Positions 1 to 8,237 of a stretch of 32,000 nt of DNA are shown here, in pieces. The notes below the pieces were generated by a model. That model searched no databases, was not told where the DNA came from, and was given only the letters and a program-made list of their open reading frames with translations. The position numbers and the translations under genes were made by a program. Each line of letters opens with the position of its first letter. Position 1 is the first letter of the stretch. This stretch comes from Paenibacillus melissococcoides (GTDB lineage: Bacteria; Bacillota; Bacilli; Paenibacillales; Paenibacillaceae), in assembly GCF_944800085.1 (NCBI RefSeq), contig NZ_CALYLO010000001.1, positions 1,727,266 to 1,759,265 of the forward strand. Reading direction: 5' to 3'.

Positions 1-83
1 CGATTAAGAGGCATTTAAAATCGCCTGCTTATCATAAAGGTATGGGCTGGCGAATACATCGCGCCGCAGCAGGAGGTGCAGCA

Positions 84-1004
84 ATGACCGCAATTATCAA
101 GACGACCCGATTAACGAAGACCTATGGCGATCAAATCGCGGTGGACAACCTGAACATGACGGTGAGGCAAGGGCAGATTTATGGCTTCCTCGGCCAGAAT
201 GGCGCAGGCAAAACCACGACCATTCGCATGCTGCTCGGGTTAATCAAGCCGACGCGCGGGGAGATCGAAATGTTCGGGGAACATCTGCACAGCAAGCAGA
301 AGGAGATATTAAGGAGAGCAGGGTCGATTGTCGAGTTTTCAGGCTTCTATGAAAACTTGACCGCCCGGGAGAATCTGCTCATCAATGCCAAGCTCATGGG
401 CGTTCCTAAAAAGAATGCCATCGAGGAAGCGCTCGAGATCGTCGGGCTGCAGCATGAGCCCGCCAAGCGGCTCGGCCAATATTCCTTGGGAATGAAGCAG
501 CGGCTGGGCATCGCCCGCGCCATCCTTCATCATCCGGAGCTGCTTATCCTCGATGAGCCGACCAACGGCTTGGATCCGATCGGCATCAAGGAGATCCGGA
601 AGCTCATCAAGTCGCTGGCCGAAGAACGAAACATAACGATTCTGATTTCGAGCCATATTTTATCCGAAGTCGAGCAATTGGCCGATCATATCGGCATTAT
701 TCATCAAGGCAAGCTGCTAGAGGAGCTCTCCTTTGCCGAGCTTCGGCGGCGGAACCGCAAATTTCTCGAGTTCCAGGTCTCGAATGATAACCGGGCGGCC
801 ATGCTGATGGAGCAGCATTTCGGCATTTCCGACTATGAGGTGCAGGACGGCGGGATTATCCGTGTGTACTCGCATCTTGGTCAACAGGGGCAGATTAATA
901 AGTTGCTGGTCGAGCATGAGATCGAAGTGACGAGAATTGCGCTGAGCGAAGATGGATTGGAAGATTATTTCATTCACTTGATAGGGGGCGGAACGATTGG
1001 TTAA
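84..1004 (+). CDS. bcrA: ABC transporter ATP-binding protein, BcrA-like (bacitracin-type efflux ATPase), 306 aa
   Basis: ORF 42..1004. AGGAGG at 71-76 favours the ATG at 84. Walker A GQNGAGKTT, signature SLGMKQR, Walker B LLILDEP. Near-collinear with my recollection of B. licheniformis BcrA, including the C-terminal LIGGGTIG. Followed by an overlapping permease and a PAP2 phosphatase. Confidence 0.8.
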   Translation: MTAIIKTTRLTKTYGDQIAVDNLNMTVRQGQIYGFLGQNGAGKTTTIRMLLGLIKPTRGEIEMFGEHLHSKQKEILRRAGSIVEFSGFYENLTARENLLINAKLMGVPKKNAIEEALEIVGLQHEPAKRLGQYSLGMKQRLGIARAILHHPELLILDEPTNGLDPIGIKEIRKLIKSLAEERNITILISSHILSEVEQLADHIGIIHQGKLLEELSFAELRRRNRKFLEFQVSNDNRAAMLMEQHFGISDYEVQDGGIIRVYSHLGQQGQINKLLVEHEIEVTRIALSEDGLEDYFIHLIGGGTIG

Positions 1005-1731
1005 TTTGATATATACCGATCTTCTGAAGCTGAAGCGGGCCAAAATGTTCATGGTCAGCCTGATTGGAGCCGCGGCCGCCCCGATTATGGTCTTTATCGG
1101 GTATCTGGATTACATGGCCAAAAAGCCCGGCATGCCCGTCTTATACAGCGACGCGTGGTCGGAGAGCAATCTGTATACGACCCTGCTTATCGGGACGCTG
1201 CTGTACGGCGTCATCACGGCTTATCTGTTCAACCGCGAATATGCGGAAGACACCTTGAAAAACCTGTTGACTATCCCGGTGTCCAGAACCGGTCTCATTG
1301 CCAGCAAGCTGGTGCTGCTGTTCCTGTGGATCATGGTATTGACCTTTACGTCGTGGGGACTGACGTTTATATTCGGATTGCTGGGGCAGTTTGAAGGCTT
1401 GACTGCCGGCGTTGTGCTGCAGTCGTTGAAGAAGTTTTTAATCGGGGGCAGTCTGCTCTTTCTCTTGTCGACCCCGACGATGTTCGTTTCTTTTCTGTTC
1501 AAAAACTATGTGCCGACCATTATTTTTACGGCCGTGATTACGATGGGGAACGTGGCGTTGGCCAACCGGGAATACAAGGCGATCTTTCCGTGGTCGGCGG
1601 TCCATGTAATCGCGGAGAACGGCTTCGTTCCGGCTTATCCTCCGCTGTATTCCTATGCGGTGATTATTGCCGCCGCAGTCATCGGGTTGATGGCCACGAT
1701 CGTGTACTTCAACAAAACGGACATTCATTGA
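997..1731 (+). CDS. bcrB: ABC-2 type membrane permease, BcrB-like, 244 aa
   Basis: TTG start overlaps the bcrA stop by 8 nt. Uniformly hydrophobic with about 6 predicted TM segments. Sits between the bcrA-like and bcrC-like genes. Confidence 0.7.
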   Translation: MVNLIYTDLLKLKRAKMFMVSLIGAAAAPIMVFIGYLDYMAKKPGMPVLYSDAWSESNLYTTLLIGTLLYGVITAYLFNREYAEDTLKNLLTIPVSRTGLIASKLVLLFLWIMVLTFTSWGLTFIFGLLGQFEGLTAGVVLQSLKKFLIGGSLLFLLSTPTMFVSFLFKNYVPTIIFTAVITMGNVALANREYKAIFPWSAVHVIAENGFVPAYPPLYSYAVIIAAAVIGLMATIVYFNKTDIH

Positions 1732-1794
1732 AGTCGTCCAGTTGATTCTGTCGTCATATAGAAAGAGAAATACAAATAGAGGAGGAAGGTCATT

Positions 1795-2388
1795 TTGTCT
1801 CAATGGAATATAGATATCTTTCGCGCCATTAATGATCTGGGCAAGCAATTCGCTTCCCTCAATCCGGCCGCCGTCTTCGTGGCGGAATATATGCTGTACC
1901 TGCTGGCCTTGGCCATGCTTGTCTATTGGTTCACCCGCAGCGGCCGGAACCGAATGATGGTGATCCAGGCGGGACTTGCGTTTATTTTGGCGGAAATCAT
2001 GGGGAAAGCGGCCGGCAAGCTCTACTCGCATCATCAGCCGTTCGCTGAGCTTCCGCAGGTCAATAAGCTGATTGACCATGCTATCGATAATTCTTTTCCG
2101 AGCGATCATACGATTCTCTTCTTCTCCGTCTGTGTCTCCTTCTGGCTCGTTCGCAGGAAGGAAGGGTGGATCTGGCTTGCGCTCGCATGCTGCGTAGCCG
2201 TCTCCCGGATCTGGGTAGGGGTTCATTATCCTGTAGATATCGCGGCGGGGGCGCTTATGGGCATTGTGTCCGCCTTGGTCATGTACTGGCTCATTCCCAA
2301 GCTCGGGTTCGTCAAGCGACTGCTTGCTCTGTATGAACGGGCGGAGCGGCGCATCCTGCCGAGCAGAAGCAAATCCGATAGCTTCTGA
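1795..2388 (+). CDS. bcrC: PAP2-family undecaprenyl-diphosphate phosphatase, BcrC-like, 197 aa
   Basis: GGAGGA at 1781-1786, TTG start at 1795. PAP2 motifs FPSDHT and SRIWVGVHYPVD. Length and layout match B. subtilis/B. licheniformis BcrC. Confidence 0.8.
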   Translation: MSQWNIDIFRAINDLGKQFASLNPAAVFVAEYMLYLLALAMLVYWFTRSGRNRMMVIQAGLAFILAEIMGKAAGKLYSHHQPFAELPQVNKLIDHAIDNSFPSDHTILFFSVCVSFWLVRRKEGWIWLALACCVAVSRIWVGVHYPVDIAAGALMGIVSALVMYWLIPKLGFVKRLLALYERAERRILPSRSKSDSF

Positions 2389-2392
2389 GAAG

Positions 2393-2660
2393 AAGGGGAG
2401 CTGTCCCATAAGTAGTTATTAGCTGCAGTGAGACAGCCCCCCTGCTTCTCGCCGCTCGACTCCCCGAAAAAACTGCGAAAGTGCAGTTTTCCCTTGTGAC
2501 GCGTACTCTGTTACAGGCATTCCTGCAAAACCGCAGGAATTTCAGCCATGCCAAGGGATTGGAAGAAAAAATAGGGGAAATTGATGTACTGTTGCAGGAA
2601 TGGCATCAGATAGCGGCGGAAATCGTGTAAATTCCTGTACCAATGCAGGATTCGCCTGCC
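2393..2660 (+). repeat. Copy A of a ~265-bp structured non-coding dispersed repeat (partner in inverted orientation at 24232-24492)
   Basis: By-eye alignment with the reverse complement of 24232-24492. Shared blocks: GGGG.TGTCCC...CAGTGAGACAGCCCCCTG, AACTGC.AAA.TGCAG, GTACTC.GTT.CAGG.ATTCCTGCA, AATTTCAG, TTGCAGGAAT, GTAAATT.CTG.A...CAGGAT. Contains several short hairpins, e.g. ATTCCTGC-6nt-GCAGGAAT. Confidence 0.75.
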
Positions 2661-2920
2661 TTACCTTCCGATCGGCAGCGGGGCTCGCCTGCTTCTGGCC
2701 GCGAAGACGCTACTGCCGTGGACGCTGATTGAGAAGCTGGTCTTGCGTCTCCTTCGCTGAACTGGCCTGCGGGAGAAGGAGATCAGGGCTCTCTGCCAAA
2801 AAATCACGCTCTATGCAACCTTCTGCGAATCATCTCCGTCTGGGAGTGTGAAAAAGCGGTCAACCAATTGCGCAATTGGAGTCCATGATATGACCTGCAC
2901 TCCAGAGAGGATGACATCGA

Positions 2921-3882
2921 ATGAACAAAACCATTACCGCTTCTATCGCTTTGGCGATCGCGCTGATGAGCGCGCAACCTTTTGCCACGCCGGCGAGCGC
3001 GATGAACGATCAAGGGACGGCAGTTCCCGTGGAGCAAGAACGTAATTTTTATGATGAATATGTGAAGCAGTTCGTCCATAATGAGAACGGAGAGATCATC
3101 GGCACGACCCGCGAGACGAGCCTCAACCAGGACTGGCTGAAGAAAGTCGCCGAGCGGTACAGCTTGACCGTTGACGGCCAGAACGTCGATGCCGGCGCTG
3201 TCCTGGACGGCAACTGCCTCCTCATTCCGCTGCGGCCGGTCATGGAGGGTATCGGTTACGAACTGACATGGGACGCCAAGAACAAGTCGGTCGAAGCTGT
3301 GAAGGGCGCTCTATGGACAAGCATGAAGCTCAACAAGGACCAGTACAACTATGCTAAGATGCCGATCCAGCTCGGCAAAGCTCCCGTGATCAAAGAAAAT
3401 AGGATGTATGTGCCGCTGCAATTTGCAGCCGAAGTGCTGAAGGCGGACGTGAGCTTGAACGAGCAAGGCGATGTCACGATACAGAGCGGCCGCATCAGCT
3501 CCCGGAAGATTCCTTCGGGGGCATGCATTGGGTGATCGTCGTCAATGGCGAGGGCATCGGCGTCAAGTCTGAGGACGTCTTCACGACGGAAGATGACGTG
3601 ATGGTGCCGGCGGAAGCGATCGGGAAGGCGCTTGGCTACACAGTCGAGCTTAATAAGGATACGGGCGCTTATGAATTCGTGCGCGGCGCGAAATGGATCG
3701 CCTTGAAGGAAGGCGGGAACACAGCCGCCGTCGGCAAAATGAGCGTCGAACTGAAAACGGCTCCGATCGTCAAGGACGGCAAGATCTATCTTCCGTTCGG
3801 CTCGCTGGCCGATGTCTTCGGCGTAAAGGCGGGCATCGACCCGACCGGCGTCATTGGAATTCAAGAAGAGTTATCATCATAG
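2921..3882 (+). pseudogene. Secreted copper-amine-oxidase-N-terminal-domain (stalk-like) protein, split by a frameshift (ORFs 2921..3535 and 3523..3882)
   Basis: N-terminal signal peptide MNKTITASIALAIALMSAQPFATPASA. Both ORFs carry the repeated domain pattern (..LIPLRPVMEGIGYELTWD..MYVPLQFAAEVL.. and ..MVPAEAIGKALGYTVEL..IYLPFGSLADVF..). The frames change next to a G5 run at 3517-3521; one extra G would fuse them. Confidence 0.6.
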
Positions 3883-4178
3883 ATCAACAAGAGATAAAAA
3901 ACATACGAACAAGATATGAAAAAGGAAAAGACATGCTTCGGAGATTCGCCCGGACTAAGGGAGAGCTCGAGGCATGTCTTTTATCGTCCTGCGCCTGGAA
4001 GAGCTCCAGGTTGGAGGCAAGCGCATCCTGAACGTGCCCGCTGAGGTCTTGACCGTCACTCCAGTCTGCCGCCCGAGGACTGTCGGCACGAATACGATGT
4101 CTGTCAGGACGGAACGGCAGATCTCCTCCAGCGAACAAGTACAATAAACGTATCAACTCATTAGGGGAGGGGTCAGCG

Positions 4179-4358
4179 ATGCTGCTGGATACGAAAAAGA
4201 AAAAAATACGCTTTGCCGTCATCATGCTTGCCGTATGGGGGACGGGAGGCGTCATATATGCCATCAAAGGCAGCCTCCTGCTCTCGATCGTCGCGTTCGC
4301 CGTGGCGCTTGGAATGGGCTTGAAGCTCTATGGCGCCCTGAAACAGTCGGACAAATAA
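4179..4358 (+). CDS. Small hydrophobic protein, 59 aa, two predicted TM helices (below the ORF-track cutoff)
   Basis: ATG at 4179 preceded by GGGGAGGGG (4164-4172). Translation: MLLDTKKKKIRFAVIMLAVWGTGGVIYAIKGSLLLSIVAFAVALGMGLKLYGALKQSDK. Stop at 4356-4358, 15 nt before the next gene's ATG. Confidence 0.55.
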   Translation: MLLDTKKKKIRFAVIMLAVWGTGGVIYAIKGSLLLSIVAFAVALGMGLKLYGALKQSDK

Positions 4359-4373
4359 GGCAGGGTGAGAGCG

Positions 4374-5078
4374 ATGATACTGGAAGTGAACCATTTACAT
4401 GGTTGGTATACGAAAAAGAAGCCCGTTATCGAGGATGTTCACTTGCGGATCGAGGAGGGGAGCATCTGCGCTTTGCTCGGCGCGAACGGCGCGGGAAAAA
4501 CAACCTTGCTCCATATTCTGGCCTCAATCCACAGCCAATATAGCGGGGAGATTCGCTACTGCGGCGAGAAGCTGACGCCGGGCAATTCGTTGCGGCTGAA
4601 GCGCCATCGATACTTTATCCCTGATCATCCGGAACTGTTCGATGAGATGCCGTCCATCGCCTTTATGGAATTGGTGCACCGCTTATACGGCAAAAGGCTC
4701 GATACAGACCGGTTGGCGGAACTATGCGCGGCCTTCTCTTTCGACGCATTCCTTCATCGGAAGATCGGCGCCTTGTCGCTGGGCAACAGGCAGAAGACGG
4801 CGCTTATCAATGCGCTGCTGCTTCAATGCCCGCTGCTTATTATGGACGAGCCGCTGGTGGGCCTGGACGCGGTGGCGATCGAGACCTTCTACCGGGAACT
4901 AAGGGCCTATGCGGCGCAAGGGAATGCGGTGCTGCTGTCCACTCACTTATTCCCGATTGTGGACCGTCTTTGCGACCAAGCCTTCATTCTTCACCAGGGG
5001 ACCATCGAGGAATGCGTCACGATAAGCGAGCGGCGCTCGGTAAAAGAGCGCTTCTTCCGGGTGATTGGCCATGACTAA
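4374..5078 (+). CDS. ABC transporter ATP-binding protein, ~234 aa
   Basis: Walker A GANGAGKTT, signature LSLGNRQK, Walker B LLIMDEP. I prefer the ATG at 4374 (GGGTGAG upstream) over the GTG at 4365. Confidence 0.8.
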   Translation: MILEVNHLHGWYTKKKPVIEDVHLRIEEGSICALLGANGAGKTTLLHILASIHSQYSGEIRYCGEKLTPGNSLRLKRHRYFIPDHPELFDEMPSIAFMELVHRLYGKRLDTDRLAELCAAFSFDAFLHRKIGALSLGNRQKTALINALLLQCPLLIMDEPLVGLDAVAIETFYRELRAYAAQGNAVLLSTHLFPIVDRLCDQAFILHQGTIEECVTISERRSVKERFFRVIGHD

Positions 5079-6210
5079 CCCCGCATCGGTCTTTCAAGTT
5101 CTGCTGCTCGATGAGACCAAGAATAAAAAGTGGACCAGGGAGCTGTTCGCGGTCGCGGCCGTCATGGCGGTCATCCTGTTCGTCATCCCCGCTCCGTATA
5201 CAGCTCTCGGCCTCCAATCGCTGGGCACCCTTCTGAAGGGGACGATGGCGGCTGCATTGTATTTGTCGACGCTGTCGTCCATCTCCAAGGTCCGAGACCG
5301 GAAGTACAAGCTGATGCTGTCTCTGCCGATAGACAAGAGAACGTTCATTTTCCAGTATGCGCTCGTGTTATGGATCAAGACCTATGCGCTTCGCGTCATG
5401 CCCATAGTCCTGTCCATTCTTGCCGTAAGCATGCATAGCGGGAGGCTCACGCTTCTGCAATCCGTCTTGGCAGGGGCGGCATGCGCCATCGCCGGGTGGA
5501 CCGCTTCATTCGTCAGCATTGGCGCCGTTATTTTCGCTTATGAACGCGGCTTCCTGCGGTTCCCGTCGGGGCGATCGAGCATGAAGTTCAACTGGCTCAA
5601 GCGGGAGTTCGTCCGCTTCGCAAGCGATAAAGTGCTCCTTGTGAATCACATTGGGTATTCGTTGTTTATACTCTTTTTCCTCTGGAACGCCGTTACGGTC
5701 TCCGGTGTGGACAACGAATTGGCGCTCTTCCTGTTGACTCTGCTGTCGACATGCTCGACGCCCGGCGTGTTGTTCTCCTATGAGAAGCCCTGCCGCGAGC
5801 TGCTGCTGTCGCTGCCGGTATCGATGAAGAGCCTGTTCGCCGGGAAATATATATTCAGTCTCGTGATTACGGTGCCTCTGTATGCGGCTGCCTATGCGAT
5901 CGTCCGCGCCTCTCATCCGGCGGGGTATTCGCCAGGGCTGCTCTTTGTCATGCTGTGCTCGCTCGTACTCATCACGTTCCTCAAGCTGTATTACGACTAT
6001 AAGCGGCCGAATTACAATTGGAGCCATACCCGCCAGATGTTCGAGCATAAGCGCAAGTATGCGCTCTGGGCCATGTCGATGGCCGTATCGGCAACCTGGA
6101 TGTTATACTCATATGTGTCGATACCCGGGATCATCGCTGCCCAATCGCTATTGACGTGGGGCTTCCTGTTCGCGATTCGGAGGGGAGGACACTCAGACCG
6201 GGCAACCTAG
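5071..6210 (+). CDS. Polytopic membrane protein, presumed permease partner of the preceding ATPase, ~379 aa
   Basis: ATG overlaps the ATPase stop (ATGACTAA). Highly hydrophobic throughout with many TM segments. I recognise no family motif. Confidence 0.6.
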   Translation: MTNPASVFQVLLLDETKNKKWTRELFAVAAVMAVILFVIPAPYTALGLQSLGTLLKGTMAAALYLSTLSSISKVRDRKYKLMLSLPIDKRTFIFQYALVLWIKTYALRVMPIVLSILAVSMHSGRLTLLQSVLAGAACAIAGWTASFVSIGAVIFAYERGFLRFPSGRSSMKFNWLKREFVRFASDKVLLVNHIGYSLFILFFLWNAVTVSGVDNELALFLLTLLSTCSTPGVLFSYEKPCRELLLSLPVSMKSLFAGKYIFSLVITVPLYAAAYAIVRASHPAGYSPGLLFVMLCSLVLITFLKLYYDYKRPNYNWSHTRQMFEHKRKYALWAMSMAVSATWMLYSYVSIPGIIAAQSLLTWGFLFAIRRGGHSDRAT

Positions 6211-6233
6211 AAAAGAGTAGCCGGTGGTGTAAG

Positions 6234-7412
6234 ATGGATATTAGTACGGCGTGGATCATCGTTTTATTCTTCCTGCTCCTGTATATACGGACCAAAGACG
6301 TTGCGGCATCGCTGCTATTCGGCGTGCTGACCTATGTGAATTTTGTGTTCGCCCTTCAGATCAGCCACATTCTATGGGCAGAGATGCTGAACATGCATCA
6401 TCCGGCGGCTGAGCAGTTATTTCTGTTCGCGTTCATCGGAATCGTCGCCTATCTGATCGGGCGCTTGTTTGCGGACGGAGCGAAGCGGGAGGGCCGCGGC
6501 GAGCAGCATGTGTTTTCTTTGCGGCAGCGCATATTTATTTTGTTCGGCAATATGTGCATGATTATGGGAGGGATATATCTTTCCCTTATCTTTTACCGGG
6601 ACGCGACCGATGTGGACGGCATGCTTTTGCATACTCTTCTGCTCATGGTGTATATCGCCGTCATTGTTTCGAGTCACCGGTTATATACGCACACGTTCGC
6701 GAAGGAAATGGAGAAGCGGCAGATGGAGCGGGAATTGGGGCAGATGGAGGAGTATGCGGCATCCCTGGAAGCGGTGCTGCATGATATGCGGGCATTTAAG
6801 CATGACTATGCCAACATTTTATCGACCCTGCAAGGGTTCATTGAGGAAGAGAATTATACAGAGCTGAAGCGCTACTTCTATGACGATGTATATGGGTATT
6901 CCGAGAAGCTGTTCCAGATGAATACGAGACTGTCCCTGCTCGGACATATCAAGATCGCGCCGCTCAAAGGGGTTGTCTCCTCCAAAATGCTGCGAGCCCT
7001 GACGGAGCGAATCGATATCTTTATCGACATTGCGGAAGACATTGACGAGGTGGACATGTCCACGATCGATCTGTGCCGAATCATGGGGATTCTGATGGAC
7101 AATGCGATCGAGGCAGCGCTGGAGACGCCGGAGCCGCGGATCGAGCTGGGCATCGTGTCCGCGAAGGATTCCGCGCTTTTCATTATCAAAAACAGTTGCT
7201 CTGCGCAGGTCCCTCCGCTTTATAAAATGTTCGAATACGGATTTTCCACCAAAGGAGAGAATCGGGGTCTCGGCCTGTCAACCGTGCGGGAACTGCTCGA
7301 TCGCAAGTACCCCCAGGCGACTCTGAACACGGAGATCGACCCTGCCGCAATGACATTCATGCAGCAGCTTCGAATCAAGCAGATCCATCACGGGAAGGAT
7401 ATATCGGGATAA
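6234..7412 (+). CDS. Membrane sensor histidine kinase, HPK10 / AgrC-ComD-NatK-like (GHKL), ~392 aa
   Basis: N-terminal half has ~5-6 TM segments. H-box MRAFKHDYANIL, N-box LMDNAIEA, G-box GFSTKGENRGLGLSTV. ATG at 6234 chosen because the longer ORF start overlaps the permease. Confidence 0.75.
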   Translation: MDISTAWIIVLFFLLLYIRTKDVAASLLFGVLTYVNFVFALQISHILWAEMLNMHHPAAEQLFLFAFIGIVAYLIGRLFADGAKREGRGEQHVFSLRQRIFILFGNMCMIMGGIYLSLIFYRDATDVDGMLLHTLLLMVYIAVIVSSHRLYTHTFAKEMEKRQMERELGQMEEYAASLEAVLHDMRAFKHDYANILSTLQGFIEEENYTELKRYFYDDVYGYSEKLFQMNTRLSLLGHIKIAPLKGVVSSKMLRALTERIDIFIDIAEDIDEVDMSTIDLCRIMGILMDNAIEAALETPEPRIELGIVSAKDSALFIIKNSCSAQVPPLYKMFEYGFSTKGENRGLGLSTVRELLDRKYPQATLNTEIDPAAMTFMQQLRIKQIHHGKDISG

Positions 7413-7425
7413 AGGGGATTACCTT

Positions 7426-8172
7426 ATGTTGAGCGTCTATATATGCGAGGACAACACACGGCAGCGGGAACAGCTTGAACGAATCGTGACCCATTCCATT
7501 ATCAAGCAGAAGCTGGATATGAAGGTGGCTCTGGCTACCGGCGACTATCGCGAACTGGTGGAGCGGCCGGGACGCGACGGCACTCCGGCCCTTTTCCTGC
7601 TGGATATTGATCTGAAGGCCGATATGAACGGCATCCAGCTCGGCGGTCTGCTGCGCGACAAGTATCCGGACTGCTTGATCGTCTTTGTAACTACTCATTC
7701 GGAACTGAGCTATCTGACGTTTCAGTACAAAGTCGAAGCCTTTGATTTTATTATGAAAGATCATCCGGACCAATTTCAGATGCGGTTGGAGGAGTGTCTC
7801 CGCATAGCATATGAACGCCATTTGAAGAAGGGCGCAGATCCCCGGAGGATCACGATCGAAACCGATGAATCCATTATCAATGTGAAATATGAGGATGTGC
7901 TCTTTTTCGAGACTTCTTCCTCGCCGCATAAAATCAAGCTCCATGAGCGGAACCGGCAGATCGAATTCTATGGAACGCTGAAGGAGCTGGAGAAGCAGCT
8001 GGACGATCGGTTCTACCGCTGCCACAAGGCGTATATTGTTAATGTGAATAATATCCAAGAGATAGACAAGCTGAAGCGGGTGGTCCATATGGTTAACGGA
8101 GAGACATGCTATGTTTCCTTCCGCTATTATAACGGACTCCTGAAGGCCATGACGACCCAGACGGATAAATGA
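7426..8172 (+). CDS. LytR/AlgR (LytTR) family response regulator, 248 aa
   Basis: AAAGGGGA RBS. Receiver domain (ICEDN...LLDIDL). C-terminal LytTR pattern (..VKYEDVLFFETSSSPHKIKLH..FYGTLKELEKQL..FYRCHKAYIVN). Confidence 0.85.
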   Translation: MLSVYICEDNTRQREQLERIVTHSIIKQKLDMKVALATGDYRELVERPGRDGTPALFLLDIDLKADMNGIQLGGLLRDKYPDCLIVFVTTHSELSYLTFQYKVEAFDFIMKDHPDQFQMRLEECLRIAYERHLKKGADPRRITIETDESIINVKYEDVLFFETSSSPHKIKLHERNRQIEFYGTLKELEKQLDDRFYRCHKAYIVNVNNIQEIDKLKRVVHMVNGETCYVSFRYYNGLLKAMTTQTDK

Positions 8173-8183
8173 ACGCTCCACGC

Positions 8184-8218
8184 GACACAACCCTCCGGCG
8201 GCACCGGAGGGTTGTGTC
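8184..8218. terminator. Perfect 15-bp stem / 5-nt loop hairpin between convergent genes
   Basis: GACACAACCCTCCGG cggca CCGGAGGGTTGTGTC. There is no clear U-tract on either side, so function as an intrinsic terminator is uncertain. Confidence 0.45.
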
Positions 8219-8237
8219 ATGTATGGGAGCCGCCGCC

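Noticed and set aside
1438-2409. Long antisense ORFs inside well-supported genes. Examples: 1438..2409(-) 323 aa, 5506..6048(-), 7375..8220(-), 8169..8789(+), 13375..14073(-), 21745..22374(-), 22426..22935(-), 27368..28072(+), 30243..30821(-).
   Set aside because: They lie opposite genes with clear family motifs. Their translations are low-complexity and Arg/Pro/Gly- or His-rich, and they lack an RBS. These are typical shadow ORFs of GC-rich coding DNA.
3974-4147. 57-aa ORF MSFIVLRLEELQVGGKRILNVPAEVL..., whose start resembles the N-terminus of an ABC ATPase.
   Set aside because: It has no Walker A or any further ABC motif and no convincing RBS. At most it is a relic of an ATPase gene, which is too weak to annotate.
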